Source: Leucoraja erinacea (lineage: Eukaryota). From it: a stretch of DNA of 64,000 bases. The DNA lies in the NCBI RefSeq assembly GCF_028641065.1, contig NC_073404.1, positions 16,554,001-16,618,000 on the forward strand, written 5' to 3'. Shown here one piece after another: positions 25,690 to 38,917 of this stretch. The notes under the pieces are model-generated. The model searched no databases. It saw only the letters and a list, made by a program, of their open reading frames with translations, and was not told the DNA's origin. The translations under genes and the position numbers were made by a program. Each line of letters starts with the position of its first letter. Position 1 is the first letter of the stretch.

Positions 25690-26490
25690 TCTAGTGGTGC
25701 CGATGATGGCAGCCTCTGCCTACAGTCTGTCTGTTTTTCCATATTTTTTTAATTTTTAGTCTGTCTAAAAAAAGTAGGTTTTGAAGGTTTTTTTTGTATT
25801 TTTATGTGGGGGAGGTGGGTAGGGTAAGGGGGAAACTGTTTCCCAGTCACTTCCTGGCAAGGATGTGACTATTCTCCGTGTCACGTCCTCCCCCCCCCCC
25901 CCCCCTCGCGGCCTACCATCTGGATTGGCGCGGCCTTTCCTGCCAGAGACCGTCCAGAGCTTCAGCAGCGGCGCAGCACCGATTTACCATCGCGGAGCAG
26001 GTGATGCCTTACCTGGGATCGCCGTTTGAAGCTCCGGAGTGTTGGGCCTGCTGCTTCAACATCGTGGAGCTATGGTTTGCGGAGCTCTCAACCACGGGCG
26101 GCGCTGACTTCAACATCGCGGAGTCCTGGGATCCCTTTGCCGAGGGCCGCCATTGTGAATCTCCGTCCAGCTCGGCCTGTGGACTTAGAGAGCCGCAGTC
26201 TCCGCCGGTAAGAAGTGGCCGGCTCGGAAGTCGAAGCCGCTGAGAATGTTCTTGCGTTCTGACGTCGGAGTTCCATCATTCCGGCCCAACCACTGCCACT
26301 TGTGAACAACAAAGAGGAGGATGACTGAACTTCCCTCACAGTGGGAAACTTTGATTCCGCTGTGTGGGGATGTTTATGTTAAAGTTTATCGTGTGCTGTG
26401 TTTTTTTTATTCGTACGGCTGTATGGTGACCACAGATTTCACTGCACCAATTGGTGCATGTGACAATAAATGTCTCTTGAATCTTGAATC
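25690..26490 (+). mobile_element. CpG-rich non-autonomous retroelement with a LINE-like 3' tail
   Basis: T-rich leader, G-run+GAAAC, C-run and GC-rich core; ends GTGACAATAAATG followed by (TCTTGAA)2. No recognisable protein. Confidence 0.6.
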
Positions 26491-29400
26491 CATGAAATAC
26501 TTGCAAAGTATAGCTGTTGTAATAATTATGAACCACAATGCAGAAACAAATAATTTGCACACACCAAACAACCATGGTAAGTTCCCCCGTCCATCTCAAG
26601 GTGATAAACTAACTGCATGAAACCAGAGAAAACAAAAGAAAACAGAGTAACTAACCTGTTTTTTTGTGCTAATATTAATATTTAATAGGAATGCAGATTA
26701 ATAATAAATATTTCAAAATATGCAATGCCTAAATAGAATTATCCATGTATTATGCATCTAGAATCCAGGGCAGGATTGTTGGTGAAAATTTAGGAGTACC
26801 TTTCAAACCCCGTCCCAGACATTTCAACAGACAATCCAGGTTGGCTCTATAATTTTACAAGGAGGAAAATGTATAAATATTAATTTTATTCAACATATTC
26901 TTATATCTTTGTCACACAGCCTGGATATTTTCATTCTTCAAGCATTAGTTCAATTTTTTCAAGGTTGTTATGAATCAATATAAAAAAGGGTATCAGTGAT
27001 CATAATAACTGCGGAAAGAAAATCCCAATAAAATAATGTCCTTTATGATTGTGTTAGATAATAAAGCTGAAAACTAATACCATAATAAGTATAAATTATA
27101 TTTTAAGGAATAAAGGCAAAAATAATTTTAAAAAGCTCTCCAATACAATAAAATCAGAAAGTTAATAAAATCAGGAAATCTGTTTTCTTCTCTACTCTGG
27201 AATTTTGGAACCCAGGTAGAGGTTATGGCGTTAATCAGTAATTAAATACTTTGACCTACCTTGGTACAGCACCCGGTTTCGCTATGCGTATACTAAATCA
27301 AAACTATTGGCCTTTGGATTCTCTCCAACTGAGAAGGAAAGTTTCAGAGAAATCTAATTTCTATGATTTAAGCGTCGTCAGCAAAATAAGATCCACAAAT
27401 GGCAATATGCTGAATCATGACTTAATCAAAATGCTACTTTTTGCAGAGCTCCTAAAAGCATACAAGATAAGAGCTTCATTATTATTCCATTAAATAGTGA
27501 AGCCTGAGATAATCTTGAGATAACACTTACAATAATCTCTATGGAAACAGGAGAAAACTTGCAGAAAACATGTCTAAATATGAAGGGGTTAAAAAAGATT
27601 GGAGGCATTTTTATGAAACACTTTTGTCCAATATAGGCAATCCCTGCTCAATAGTCATGGAAGAGAGACACAGCACTCGCTGTCTGATAAGAGCAGTGTG
27701 AGATGTGAAGAGGCAGAATGTCAGGAGCAGTCCAAGGACACACTGTTGACAAATGCCTGCAGCAATGAGAGCTGAGGTTTATCTACACCAGTCCCACACA
27801 TTCCAGCCTGGCAACATAAGCTGTATTTTTCTGCAACTTACTGCCCTACATTAAGCTCATGCTCACGCATTTAGCTGTTCCCTTTCTTACACTATGCTGC
27901 TGACAGAGGTAGGATTGAATGACATGTGTAACAAATAACCTTTCCACAAAGATACCAGAACGTTAGGGTTTGATCATTTATTTTATGGCCCAGATATGTG
28001 ACAGAACCTTCAGGTTTGATTATTTATTTTATGGCCCAGTTATGTGACTGTCACCATCAGTGTGATTCAGGTTTTCCACTTGCTCAAACAGTATAATTTA
28101 CATTTAATCTCATTTTTTGCCTAATGGTGCAAGACCATCTCAAAAAAGCTGTCTCACCTTATCAGTCAGCTTCTCGGCCGTTCCATAGTTACTGTAAAAA
28201 TGTGAAAGCTAAAGGGGTGGATTATTTTCTCCTTTACTTAGGAAGAAGTGTTACTAAAGAATGTTTGGCAGGTCATAAGATGCAAACATTTCCAGGAACA
28301 GGATAATAAACAGAGATTTGGGATGGTCAAACTTTAAAAATAGATCACCTGTAATTCTCTGTTGGAGGAATGTTACAATGTACTTTACAAATTGTTAAAA
28401 AGTTCCCATTAGGATTGTAAATGCATAATAATTAAACGATTGAAATTAAGTCTCAATAAATTAATGTCATTTTCCACTTCATGGTTATCTTGAATCATGG
28501 CAATGATATAACAGCAGATTTGATAAAATAAGGTCCCACTAACAGCACTGAGATTACTGATCGATCTAATTTAGCTATCATTTTTACAATGAATAAAAAA
28601 AAGTACAGATTTTCCAAGATTACCCTTCCTCTCAGCGAACTGTATGCCATGGCACAATTCTAACCATCTCAGTGAGCAGCTAAAATCTCAGCAACTATGT
28701 TAACCTGCAACTCATACTTTCTTTCTGTGATCAAAAGAAAATAGGTTCTAACCTTAAAATTAAGGAGATGGCAGAAGTAGTACATTTGTAAAATTATTCA
28801 AAGCTAGATTAAGTACAATATACAGGATTCAAGGTTGCAAATATGGTCCAACTACGCAAGAAAGACATATTAGGAAATCTTGAGTGTCTGTATTCTCAGC
28901 ATGAAACATTATAGGATAACTGTACAGATCCCTTTACTTCATTAGGAAATTAAAATTCAAAGGTGAAAATAAAATTTTGAAATCTGATGTAATGCAGAGG
29001 ATGCTGGAAACTCAGAAGGTCAAGCAGCATCAGTGGAGAGATAATCATTGTTTTAAATAATGACCTTGCATCAGAACTTCCAAAAAAATAGCATTAACGT
29101 GAAATATTAACTTTGATTTGCTTGCCATCCATGATTGCGTATTTGCAGCAATCTAGGTTTATTGAGGAGTCAAGATTGGATTCCATCACAATTACTCTGC
29201 TCCAGACTTAATTACATCCTTAACCCAAAATCAACACAAGAATTACATTTCATAGAATCACTGCCATAGATGTCAACGATGTATTGATCGAGTGTGGCAT
29301 CGAGAAACCATGGTAAAAATGAAATCACTGGGAAGCATGGAGAAAACTCAAAGGAGGCACAATATAGACATATATAAAAATAAAATCAAGATTTTCATTG

Positions 29401-30924
29401 AGTTTATCCACACTGAGATGGGTGTGTCTTGTCCACAAAGCAAATCTTACAGTAACTAATCTTTGACTGTACAACAGTGCCAGGAATAAGGAAAGAAAGG
29501 GATGGGCCTCATTTTGTGTAATCCGAGTGTAGGCTCATCCACAAGCCTATTTATACTGTATCATTAAACATTGATTTAAGTGACTACTAAAATCCATGCA
29601 AATGCTTTGTGCCTGCTGCTGAAACATTAGCAATTGCATGAAGCAGCATGTTTTCACATATGCAAATATTTGTGTTGATACTGTACAGTGTAAAGGTTAT
29701 ATTTCTTTCTCTACAAGATTACTTTATTTGGCACAAGTAAATGCAGGTTTGGGCTCAGTCTCTCCTTAGCCAAATTTCAATCTGCCATCATCCAGTTAGA
29801 GACAGACTCCTTGCTAATTTGCCAGGAGACCAGAAAGGACAAGATGAGGAGGTGCAGTGCAGCTCAAGTTCACAAACATTCTTTAAGAATAACAAACAAC
29901 ATTCATTGGAAGCCTTTATCATGTGAGTAACTAATGGCCCTACATCAGTAGGTGCAAAGGGCAAGGTAAAAAATGAAATTTATTTGGAGGGCATCCAGAT
30001 TTTTAGAAGTTGCAAACAACAGTTGAAAAATACAGTTCATTCTAAATTTAAATTGTTGGCAACTCTGGAAAGAGAGGAAACAGTTCACAAGCAAGTAACT
30101 GTGTTCATACATCTGTGAGCAAAAAAAATATGAACGGAAATACAATGCTGCAAATTCTGGAATTCTAAAACAAAACATTCTGCAGGTTAGTCAGCATCTC
30201 CACGTGGATAGGACAAGAGAAAATGTTGAGTGTAGGTGATCCATTATTTGAATTAAGTGACAATGCAGAGATTGAGTATTGGGAAAGGAAAACATGCATG
30301 TGTATTTACGAACACACCTCCCACGGTTATGCATGCTTATGCATCCACTCATCTTAGTTATTGTCTTGAGATTGAGAGCGACTTATTTCCACTCCTATTC
30401 GGTGGGTTCTGAATAGGCGAGACCTGGAGCGATTAATGAAGCACTCCATGAACTTGTGGTGGGGGCCATTTGTTCTCCTTCATCTATCGGCGCATAGCTT
30501 CTGCGCTTGCCTTCTGTAGAGACCCAAAGTGCTCAGGGCCATTCCTGATCCTCTTTCTCCACTTTGAACGTAGAAGATAAAACATAGAACAAAACAACGC
30601 AGGACCAGGGCTTTCAGCCCACTATGTCTGTGCTGAGCATGATGTCAATTTGAACTATCATCGACCAGGGAAGCAGATAGTTTGTTGAGGATATTACACT
30701 TACAAAGGATACTTTAAGGGCTTTTAAAGTATTTTTCTCTCCTGCATGTAGAGGTACAAATCAAGCATATTCAAACACACAGATCACACACCCCCATAAA
30801 CTGAACTAGACCATGATCTACTAAATGTTATCACTCAGAATCACCAAATAATTCAGGCAAATTAACTTTTTATAACAAGAGGTTTTGAGCACAAGGTTTA
30901 AGATGTAAATATGAAGTAAATGAA

Positions 30925-31725
30925 GGTCGGTGGGGGGGCGCCGCAAATTTTTTTAGTGTGTTTTAATGTGTGTTTTTGGTGTCTTCTCTGTGTGGGGGGT
31001 GGTGTGGGGGGAAACCGTTTTGGTCGCCTCCTCCACAGAGGCGACTTTTCCATGTAACATCGAAGATTGGAGCGGTCTTTCCCAGAGACGTGCCCGGGGC
31101 TTCAGCGGCAGGCGCAGCGTGGACTCTTGTCGCGGAGCGGGCGGGCCCTCGCTGGGGGTGGCCGGTGGGTAGCGCTGCGTTCACTGGCCCGGTCTGCGGA
31201 GCTCCAGCTAGCGCAGCGTCCGCAGCCTGGGATCCCTGGTTGGGGACCCGGGAGGAGAAGAGCTCCAACCACCGGCCCGCAGCCTACTTCTATCACGGGC
31301 GCGACGGGGACTTACCATCAGGAGTGGGGTCCCTCTCCGGGGACCCCCTGGAGTGGAGCTCCGACCGCCGGCCCTGGGGTCTGCGTGCTTCCGTCTGCAG
31401 CGCAGTGGGGTCTTTAGATCTTCGCCCACCGGCCTGCGGCCTACACCAATCTGATGCCGCGGTCTCCGGTGAGTAGGCACGGATTCAGGACTTACCTGGA
31501 CAGTGGCGGCTGTGGAGGGTTGAAGTCCCGACCACGGGGGAAATGGAGGAGGACTGGCCAAATTTTGTGCCTTCCACCACAGTGATGAATGCTGTGGTGG
31601 ATGTTTGTGTTAAATTTTTATTGTGTTTTTGTGTGTTCTGTTTTTCATTGTACCGCTGCTGGCAAATTCATTTAATTTGCACTTTATGTGCAAGTGACGA
31701 ATAAAACTGATATTGATATTGATAT
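30925..31725 (+). mobile_element. CpG-rich non-autonomous retroelement with a LINE-like 3' tail (second family)
   Basis: T/G-rich leader, GGGGGGAAACCG and GC-rich core; ends GTGACGAATAAAAC followed by (TGATAT)3. The overlapping ORFs are GC artefacts. Confidence 0.6.
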
Positions 31726-33494
31726 CGGAAACTTGAAGCAAACAGAAATTGCTGGAAACACACTAGCAGGTCAGGCAGCACCTGTGTAAAGAAAAAGTTA
31801 GTGTTTCAAGTAGAGACCAGGACAGGAAAAGAGAAAAAACAAGTTAGTCTTTGGTAGTGGAGAAGGTCGGGAAAGATAGGTAGAACCAAGGGAATATTTT
31901 GGATAGGGCGAGACCAAATGAGTGGATATTGCAGTTAGAAACATGTAATGCCGATTCATCAGACCAGTAACATGACCACCATATCAAATGTTTTGTCTTA
32001 ATATTGACTTTTATAACTTCTGACATAACAGTAGCTCCTAGTTTTGTTTTGACAAAAGGGCATTTGGACAAAAGGAAACATTTCTATTGTACTAGCTTTT
32101 TATTAATGCATTGAGCATACTAAGGCAAATACCAGGGAAACAGCTCTTCAAGATGTCAACATAAATCATCACAGTCAAGGGTGTGCAATGCTGCCATCTA
32201 CTGCAACATCCAAAATATGCTTTGAGCTATGCTGAACTATATTGAACTAAAATTCAATCACTAATTTGTCCGAAATTCCATACATCATGGTGAGTAAAAT
32301 TACAAGCTCTTCAAATAGGAATCTTGGAGAATAAAGCAAGGGGAGATGATCATATACATTGCTAGGAAGTAGGGAATACCAAGATATAATTTAAGGATGG
32401 GGATGATGCCATCAGCAATACCTAAACAGACCAAATTGCAGAAGCTTCATTACAGCAGATGTCATCAACTCTTAGTCATATTTCTATCAAGGCTAAGAAA
32501 CCAATGCAATGTGATCAAGGTGCATTTGTCTCCTCAGTTCTGATGGAGTTTCTTTGACCTGAAATGTTGCCTCCATTTGTCTTCCCATGGATGCGGCCTG
32601 ACCTGCCGAATATTTCCAGTATTTTCTGTATTTATTATACAATAGGATTCTGGATGAGCTCTTGGGGTTTTTCCACAAAGGAATGTATGCCACAGTGAAA
32701 TATTCAATCCATTGACAGTCAAAAATGTCAGAGGTGGAAATGATTTGTGTAGCAGAAAGGGAATCAGCAAATTCAGAACCCAGCAGACATGTGTGATGAG
32801 AACACGAGAGAGAGAAGCTTTCCTCGAGATCTAACCACTCCATCTGATGTAATATTGCAACTTTATCAATGCGGTAATAGTTTTGAACTGTTAACTTTTT
32901 TTAATTTTCAAATTATTTTTAGGTTGAATTGTTGCTTTTAAAAATATATACTTTTATTAATTTCTGGGATAGTTAAGCTGCTTTAAAACATTTGGATGAG
33001 GCAGGGCTTTGTTCTTGTTTACATTTCTCATTGGCCTCAGAGAAGAGCTCTTTGCCATCTCGCCTTCCTTCATTTGACCACACCTTGTTATTCAATGCAA
33101 ATTAAAGATACAAAAATATTTTAGGTGAATTAACTGCTCAATCATATCTGCCCAAAACATTATGTTACAAAAAATAAAATTGGTGCTAAAGAATGTACCT
33201 TTAGAAAGGAGATGTAGAAAGGAGATGAGGTTCAGAGGGTAGTGAATCTGTGGAATTCATAGCCACAGATGGCGGTGGAGTCCAAATCAATGGATATTTT
33301 TAAGGAAGAGATTGAAAGATTCTTGATTTATACATGTCTCAGGGGTAAAGGCAGGATAATGGGGTTGACAGATCTGCCATGATTGAATGGCATAGGTTTG
33401 ATGGGCCAAATGGCAAAATTATGAAGTTAACCAGAAAAATGTGTGAAAATGCAAGTTATAAATTGTTCCACACAACACAATTATCATAGAGGAA

Positions 33495-33850
33495 AAACAG
33501 GAAACTACAGATGCTGGTTTACAAAAAAAAGACACAAAGTGCTTGAATAACTCAGCCGGTCAAGCAGCATCTCTGCTCAACATCGATAGGTGACATTTCA
33601 GATTGGGATCCTTCGTTAGACTGATTGCGGTAAGATAGGGGGAAGCTGGAAGAGAGGGAAGCTGGAGAGGTGGGCAGGACAAAGCCTGCAAAGTGATAGG
33701 TGGATACTGACGAGGGGGGTGGGGTTGACTGGCAAATGGTTGGACAATGGCAATAGATGAAAAGACAATTTGTGAGATAAGGATAGAAGAGGTGTGAATT
33801 GTGAAGCCAGAAGTGATACAGATGGAAGGGGAAATTGAGAAATGGGTGCA
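33495..33850 (-). mobile_element. Penelope-derived terminal-repeat relic
   Basis: GGAAACTACAGATGCTGGTTTACAAAAAAAAGACACAAAGTGC... followed by a purine-rich tract; same family as 50749-51257. Confidence 0.7.
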
Positions 33851-34069
33851 TAGAGGAGCATCTACATACATTTAAGGAATGCAAAGGCTGAGGAAAGAGT
33901 CATAGTCATTTGAGGTCGATTCAATAAAGCGCATTATTTTTACAGTATTTGCATTTGTGGTAAAGCTATTTGCACTGATGCACAGGCTGAAGGTAAATTA
34001 TCTGATGTGATCTCATGGAAAGTGCCATTTATCCTACAAGTTTGTATTTAATTTAGAGCAAATTAGTCT

Positions 34070-34520
34070 TTTCAAGACTGTACAATTTAATGTCCAGAGA
34101 AGGGAGGCATGCATCAGCGTTCAAAGGCATCAAAGATTATCCTGCACTTATACTGGCTGTAATGCTTCAAAAGATAATAAGTTCCTCTTCATGTATCATT
34201 CAAAAACACCAGACATTGAAGAGGCTGTTTCAGGAATATTTGTCTGTCAGCTGGAAGTTGAACTGCAAGGCCTGGGTTACAAGGGCATTTTTCCAGCATT
34301 CGTTCATATCTTACCTTTGCCCTGGAGTGAGAAGATACTACAAAGACAATGGCTTCAAAGAGAATGCATTGTTGATACATGATAACCCTCCAATATGGTA
34401 AAAAATAACTTAAAATACCTCACTACCTGGAAATATTACATTCCCACTTTCAAACATGGTATCCTTCCTGCAGGCCATGGGACATGGCTTCACTACCACT
34501 TTCAAATTATCAGGTACACA
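34070..34520 (+). mobile_element. pogo/Tigger-like transposase (DDE_1) relic
   Basis: ORF 34090-34401 contains SAFKGIKD..LIL, KAWVTRAFFQHSF..LCPGVRRY and ALLIHDNPP, matching pogo/Tigger DDE motifs; frameshifted. Confidence 0.7.
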
Positions 34521-34673
34521 CTTTTGGCTACCTAGTAAGCTTGCTGGAAGAACTTTCCTGCATCCCTTCTACTGCTGTCAACAGATACTTCAGGAAAGGA
34601 GGATGATAGTAAGATAGAGAACACAAGGTACCTTCATGAAACCATCAGATTTGCACAACAAGTCACAGCAAGG

Positions 34674-34675
<2 letters not shown>

Positions 34676-34708
<33 letters not shown>

Positions 34709-34715
34709 GTCTGTC

Positions 34716-34764
<49 letters not shown>

Positions 34765-34771
34765 ATCTATC
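34676..34771. repeat. Interrupted (CT)n microsatellite
   Basis: Directly visible CT run with CTGT/CTAT interruptions, about 370 nt beyond the PEX12 stop codon. Confidence 0.95.
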
Positions 34772-35145
34772 AAAATAATGATTCCCAAGATGGCATTTGG
34801 TAATCCAAAGTGATTTGTAGGAAGGCACCCCCTTCAAAATATGAGGTAATGAAGTACCTGTATTTACATTTTGGAAGACTCCAAATGTTAATGCCATAAT
34901 TTATGAGTTTGGTTTAATATGAAACAAAATCTTACATTTTTAAGAGCAATTCCTGCTATGTAAATTTGTGAGCAGTATACACATATATAAAAACTTTTGA
35001 ATCAACTGGTTTGTTCCCTTGTTTTTCTGAATATATTATAAATTACAAAATAAAACACCAATTCATTGAGTCAGACAGTTATTTGGGTGCATTTAGAAAG
35101 CACGTTTCCAGTGAGCCACAGTTTTGATGGATGCATCTCTTGTCT

Positions 35146-35542
35146 TCATGCTTCTGGAGAGTAGAGCTTAACAAGATGCTGCAGTTCAGAAGGGTAGCCT
35201 GTAACAGGACATCGCTGGTGATGCTTTACATAGTTATAAGCACATCGGTAACAGTAGACATACCCAGAGGTTGCCAAAGCCGTGTCGTTAGTCCGGATCT
35301 TGTTGCACAAAGGACATACAGTCTTCAGCCTCGGCAAAGCATCATTCGTCGATTTATCTAAGTGTACTGGTGGGGGAGGAGTCGGGAGGGAGGAGAGGGA
35401 TTTAATTGTGTCCTGGTTTTCAGACGAGTACCACCATTCAAGAAACTGCAAGAAGAAGATGCCCACTGATACACCGGTTGAAAGGGAGACAGCTGCACCA
35501 CCCAGTGCATTGGCAAAGAAAGAGGTTATCTTTCCAACCACA
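35146..35542 (-). CDS. PEX12: PEX12 last coding exon (transmembrane segment and C-terminal RING finger)
   Basis: Strong acceptor CTTTCTTGCTCTCTCTTCCTCTTGTAG; encodes (S)VVGKIT...[20 protein letters not shown]...[25 protein letters not shown]...CPVTGYP...LYSPEA then TGA. Confidence 0.97.
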
Positions 35543-37388
35543 CTACAAGAGGAAGAGAGAGCAAGAAAGGTCAGAATGCATACACAAAACTTAGAGGCGT
35601 TCTTGAACCAATCCACAATGCCCTGAAGTCACAGTAATCTGTAATCTAACAGAAATATGATTTCCTAATGTCATGTATTGATTAAGTAATTGTTTTAATG
35701 GACATCAACCAACAATGTATGTGCTGAACATGGTGCTAAATTAACTAATTCCTTCTACCTGCACATGATCCATAGCCCTCTATTCCTTCCGTATTCATGT
35801 GCCTCGCTGAAAGCCTCTTGAATGCTGCTTTTTTTTTTCTCCATCCACCACATCTGCTGGCAACCTCGTCCAGACACCTATCAATCTTCGTGTAAAAAAA
35901 CTTGACCCACACATCTCCTTTAAATTTTCCCTCTTCTGACCATAAACATGTGCCCTCTATACTTTGACATTTCCACACTAGGATAAAGATTTTGACCATC
36001 TACCTTATCTATGCCTCCCATAATTTTATATACTTCTATGCTAGGCAGTAGGGGGATGCATTTTTGCAATTTTTAATTTTTAATTGTTAATTATTGGTCT
36101 TTATAAGTATTTATTGCTCTCAGGTAATGTCCACAGTGTATTCTATGTATTTTCTGTCTGCGTTCGTTTTGAATCTGTGGGTTTGTTGGTTGGGGGCTTC
36201 TGGACATCTGAATTTCCCTGAGGGGATCAATAAAGTATTTATTATTATTATTATTATTATCAGGTCTCCCATCAGCCTCCGACACTCCAGAAAAGAATAT
36301 GCAGGTGTGTCAAGCTTCTCCTTATCCTGCCAGCATCTTGGTAAACATCTTCTGCACCCTTTCAAAATTGTCCACATCATTCCTGTATTGGGGAAACCGG
36401 AATGGTTATGCTCTTGGGGATTAAGTCCATAAATCCCTGAAAGTAGCAACATAAGTAAATAGAGTGGTGCAGAAGGCAGATGATATGCTTGCCTTCATTG
36501 GTCATAGTTGCTTTCCGAGAATTATAACTACTATAAATTCAAATTCACACATGCACTGACTACACCGCCCAACACGGACTTCCATCTGTATATATGTATG
36601 TAGCGCCGCAGAATTTGTGCACCTATTGCCCCCCCCCATCTCCCTTCTGTTTTTTGTTTTTTCTGTTTCTTGTTTTTTGTGCTAAATTGTATGTATGCAC
36701 TGAGTACGAGCAGCTTTCAGTTTCACTGTACATGTATAGTGACAATAAATGGCATATCTATATCTATATCTGGTCAGGGCATTGAGTTTAAGTGTCAGGA
36801 AGTCATGATGGAACTTAATTGGACTTTGGTTAGGCCACATTAATAGTATTGCAAGTAGTTCTGGTTTTGGATTGTTTACTCTGAAACCCCAGCGATTGTG
36901 GTGAGATCTGATTGAAGTATATGAAATGATGAGAGGCATAGATAGCTTCTGACTATCTACCCTATATTCCAGGAGAGAAATACTAACTACCAGAGGACAC
37001 AGTTTTAAGATGAGAGGGGCAATGTTTATAGGAGGTTTGTTTCATATATGGAAGATGGCGAGTGCCAGGAACGTGCTGCAGGGTGTGGTGGTCGAGGCAG
37101 ATATAATAGTGGCATTTAAGAATCTAAGAATTGGTCTTGGCATCATGTTCGGCATAGACTTTGAGGGCCGAAGAGCCTGTTCCGGTGCTGTACTGTTCCA
37201 TGTTCTATGGTATTGGAATACTTCAATGTCGAAAATCCAGAGAGATGTATGTAATTTATTTATTAAACTTAAATCACCTCAACTCAAGGCATTTCCAAAA
37301 ACAAAAATGTACTTCTTATCAGTAACCTCTTTCACGACATATATTTAGCAGATCAGGAAGCATTTGTGGTGAGTTAATGTTCCATATT

Positions 37389-37709
37389 TAAGAAGGAACT
37401 GCAGATGCTGGAAAAAATCGAAAATAGACAAAAGATGCTGGAGAAACTCAGCGGGTGAGGCAGCATTTATGGAGAAAAGGAGTAGGCGATGTTTCGGGTC
37501 GAGACCCTACTTCGGACTGATGTGAGGGGGGGAAGAAAGGAAGAGGCGGACACACATAGCCAACTGTCTCTACTTCTTCCTTTCTTTTTCCCACCACCCC
37601 CCCCAACATCAGTCTGAAGCAGGGTCTCATCCCAAAACGTCGCCTACTCCTTTTCTCCATAGATGCTGCCTCACCTGCTGAGTTTCTCCAACATTTTTTG
37701 TCTACTTTC
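37389..37709. mobile_element. Fold-back Penelope-derived insertion with ~12-bp TSD
   Basis: Inverted arms (GCTGGAGAAACTCAGCGGGTGAGGCAGCAT / ATGCTGCCTCACCTGCTGAGTTTCTCCA); flanks ATGTTCCATATT (37377-37388) and ATGTTTCATATT (37710-37721). Confidence 0.75.
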
Positions 37710-38301
37710 ATGTTTCATATTAATCACTTTTCATCATTTACCAAAGTCATCAATTTAAAACATCAACTCAGTTCTCCCTCTACAGATGCTGCTTGACTTG
37801 CTGAGTATTTCTTCATTCTCCACATTTACTTCAGACTTGCGGCATCTGCATTTGTTTTGCTTTTCAATTCAGCACCACCCTCCCCACCCCCGCCCCAACC
37901 CCATCCCACCCACGATTTCATCTACCTCATGGAGAACAGCCAACATAATCAAGAACCATTAACAGCCTGGTCATTCCCTCTTCTCCCTTCACTCATGAAG
38001 CAGAAGATACAAAATTAAAGACATCAAACTACTGAACGGTCCTCTCATAAGATAAGGGTTTTGTTCTGATCTCTCATTATGGCCCCTACACTTTTTTTTT
38101 AAACTGCAGTTTCTCCCTAGCTCTAATACCATATTCTCCACTGGTATTGTTCACTTTCCACTACCTGTTGTATTCATTTATGACTTGATTGTATTCATGT
38201 ACAGTATGATTTGATGGGATAAGCCTCAAAGCTTTTCCATTATATCTTGGTAAACATGCCAAAAATAACCAATACAGTAGTTTCTCAAAGCTATTCCTTA
38301 C

Positions 38302-38846
38302 CTTGTACTGGTCGGAGATCTGCTTCTGGAAGTAGATCTTTGTTCAAAGCTCTGCAAATCTGCAGGGGTAAGGTTTCCCAAGCAGACCCCAGCTGCTCGC
38401 AGTAGTGGCGAATGATGTGGTGTTTTTCCAAAAATGTACAAGAGCCGATAGGTGAGGAACCACCCCTCCCAGCTCATGTTCATAAAAGGATAGGCTGCAA
38501 GGAAAGCCTTGTACATGCGCTTCCAGGAAGATTCTGGTAGATGTATAGCATAGTCATCCTCCTCTCTCAGTCTAGCAAACAGTCTGTCTAGTTTGACTTT
38601 TACATATGGAATAGCAATTATCATCAACAGCGATCTCCAATGCTGGGCTCTCGGGAGCCCATAGCTCGCCAGTGTCAATATCCGTGGACCCACTGGAATT
38701 CTTTTCAAACCATAAAAGTTTTCAGAGAAGGAGGCACTAGTTCGTGCCAAATAGTGATGCTGTAGCAGGAAGTCCATCACAGCATAGAATTCATCAAACC
38801 ATCGCCATAGAAACCCATAGCGAGTAGGGTTGGATTCCACAAGTAC
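38302..38846 (-). CDS. PEX12: PEX12 coding exon 2
   Basis: TTCTTTCAG|GTA acceptor and AG|GTAAGG donor; [21 protein letters not shown]...[23 protein letters not shown] (Pex2_Pex12 domain). Confidence 0.97.
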
Positions 38847-38917
38847 CTGAAAGAACAAGACAGTATCATCAGATCAGCTGGATCAAACCACATGATTCTT
38901 GGATAAAATCAGAAATA

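Noticed and set aside
30963-31561. Overlapping ORFs on both strands; possible gene or promoter
   Set aside because: Stop-poor GC-rich repeat with a retroelement-like 3' tail; no coherent protein.
35543-35616. N-terminal part of ORF 35146-35616 as PEX12 coding sequence
   Set aside because: It is the intron polypyrimidine tract; the phase-compatible acceptor lies at 35543/35542.
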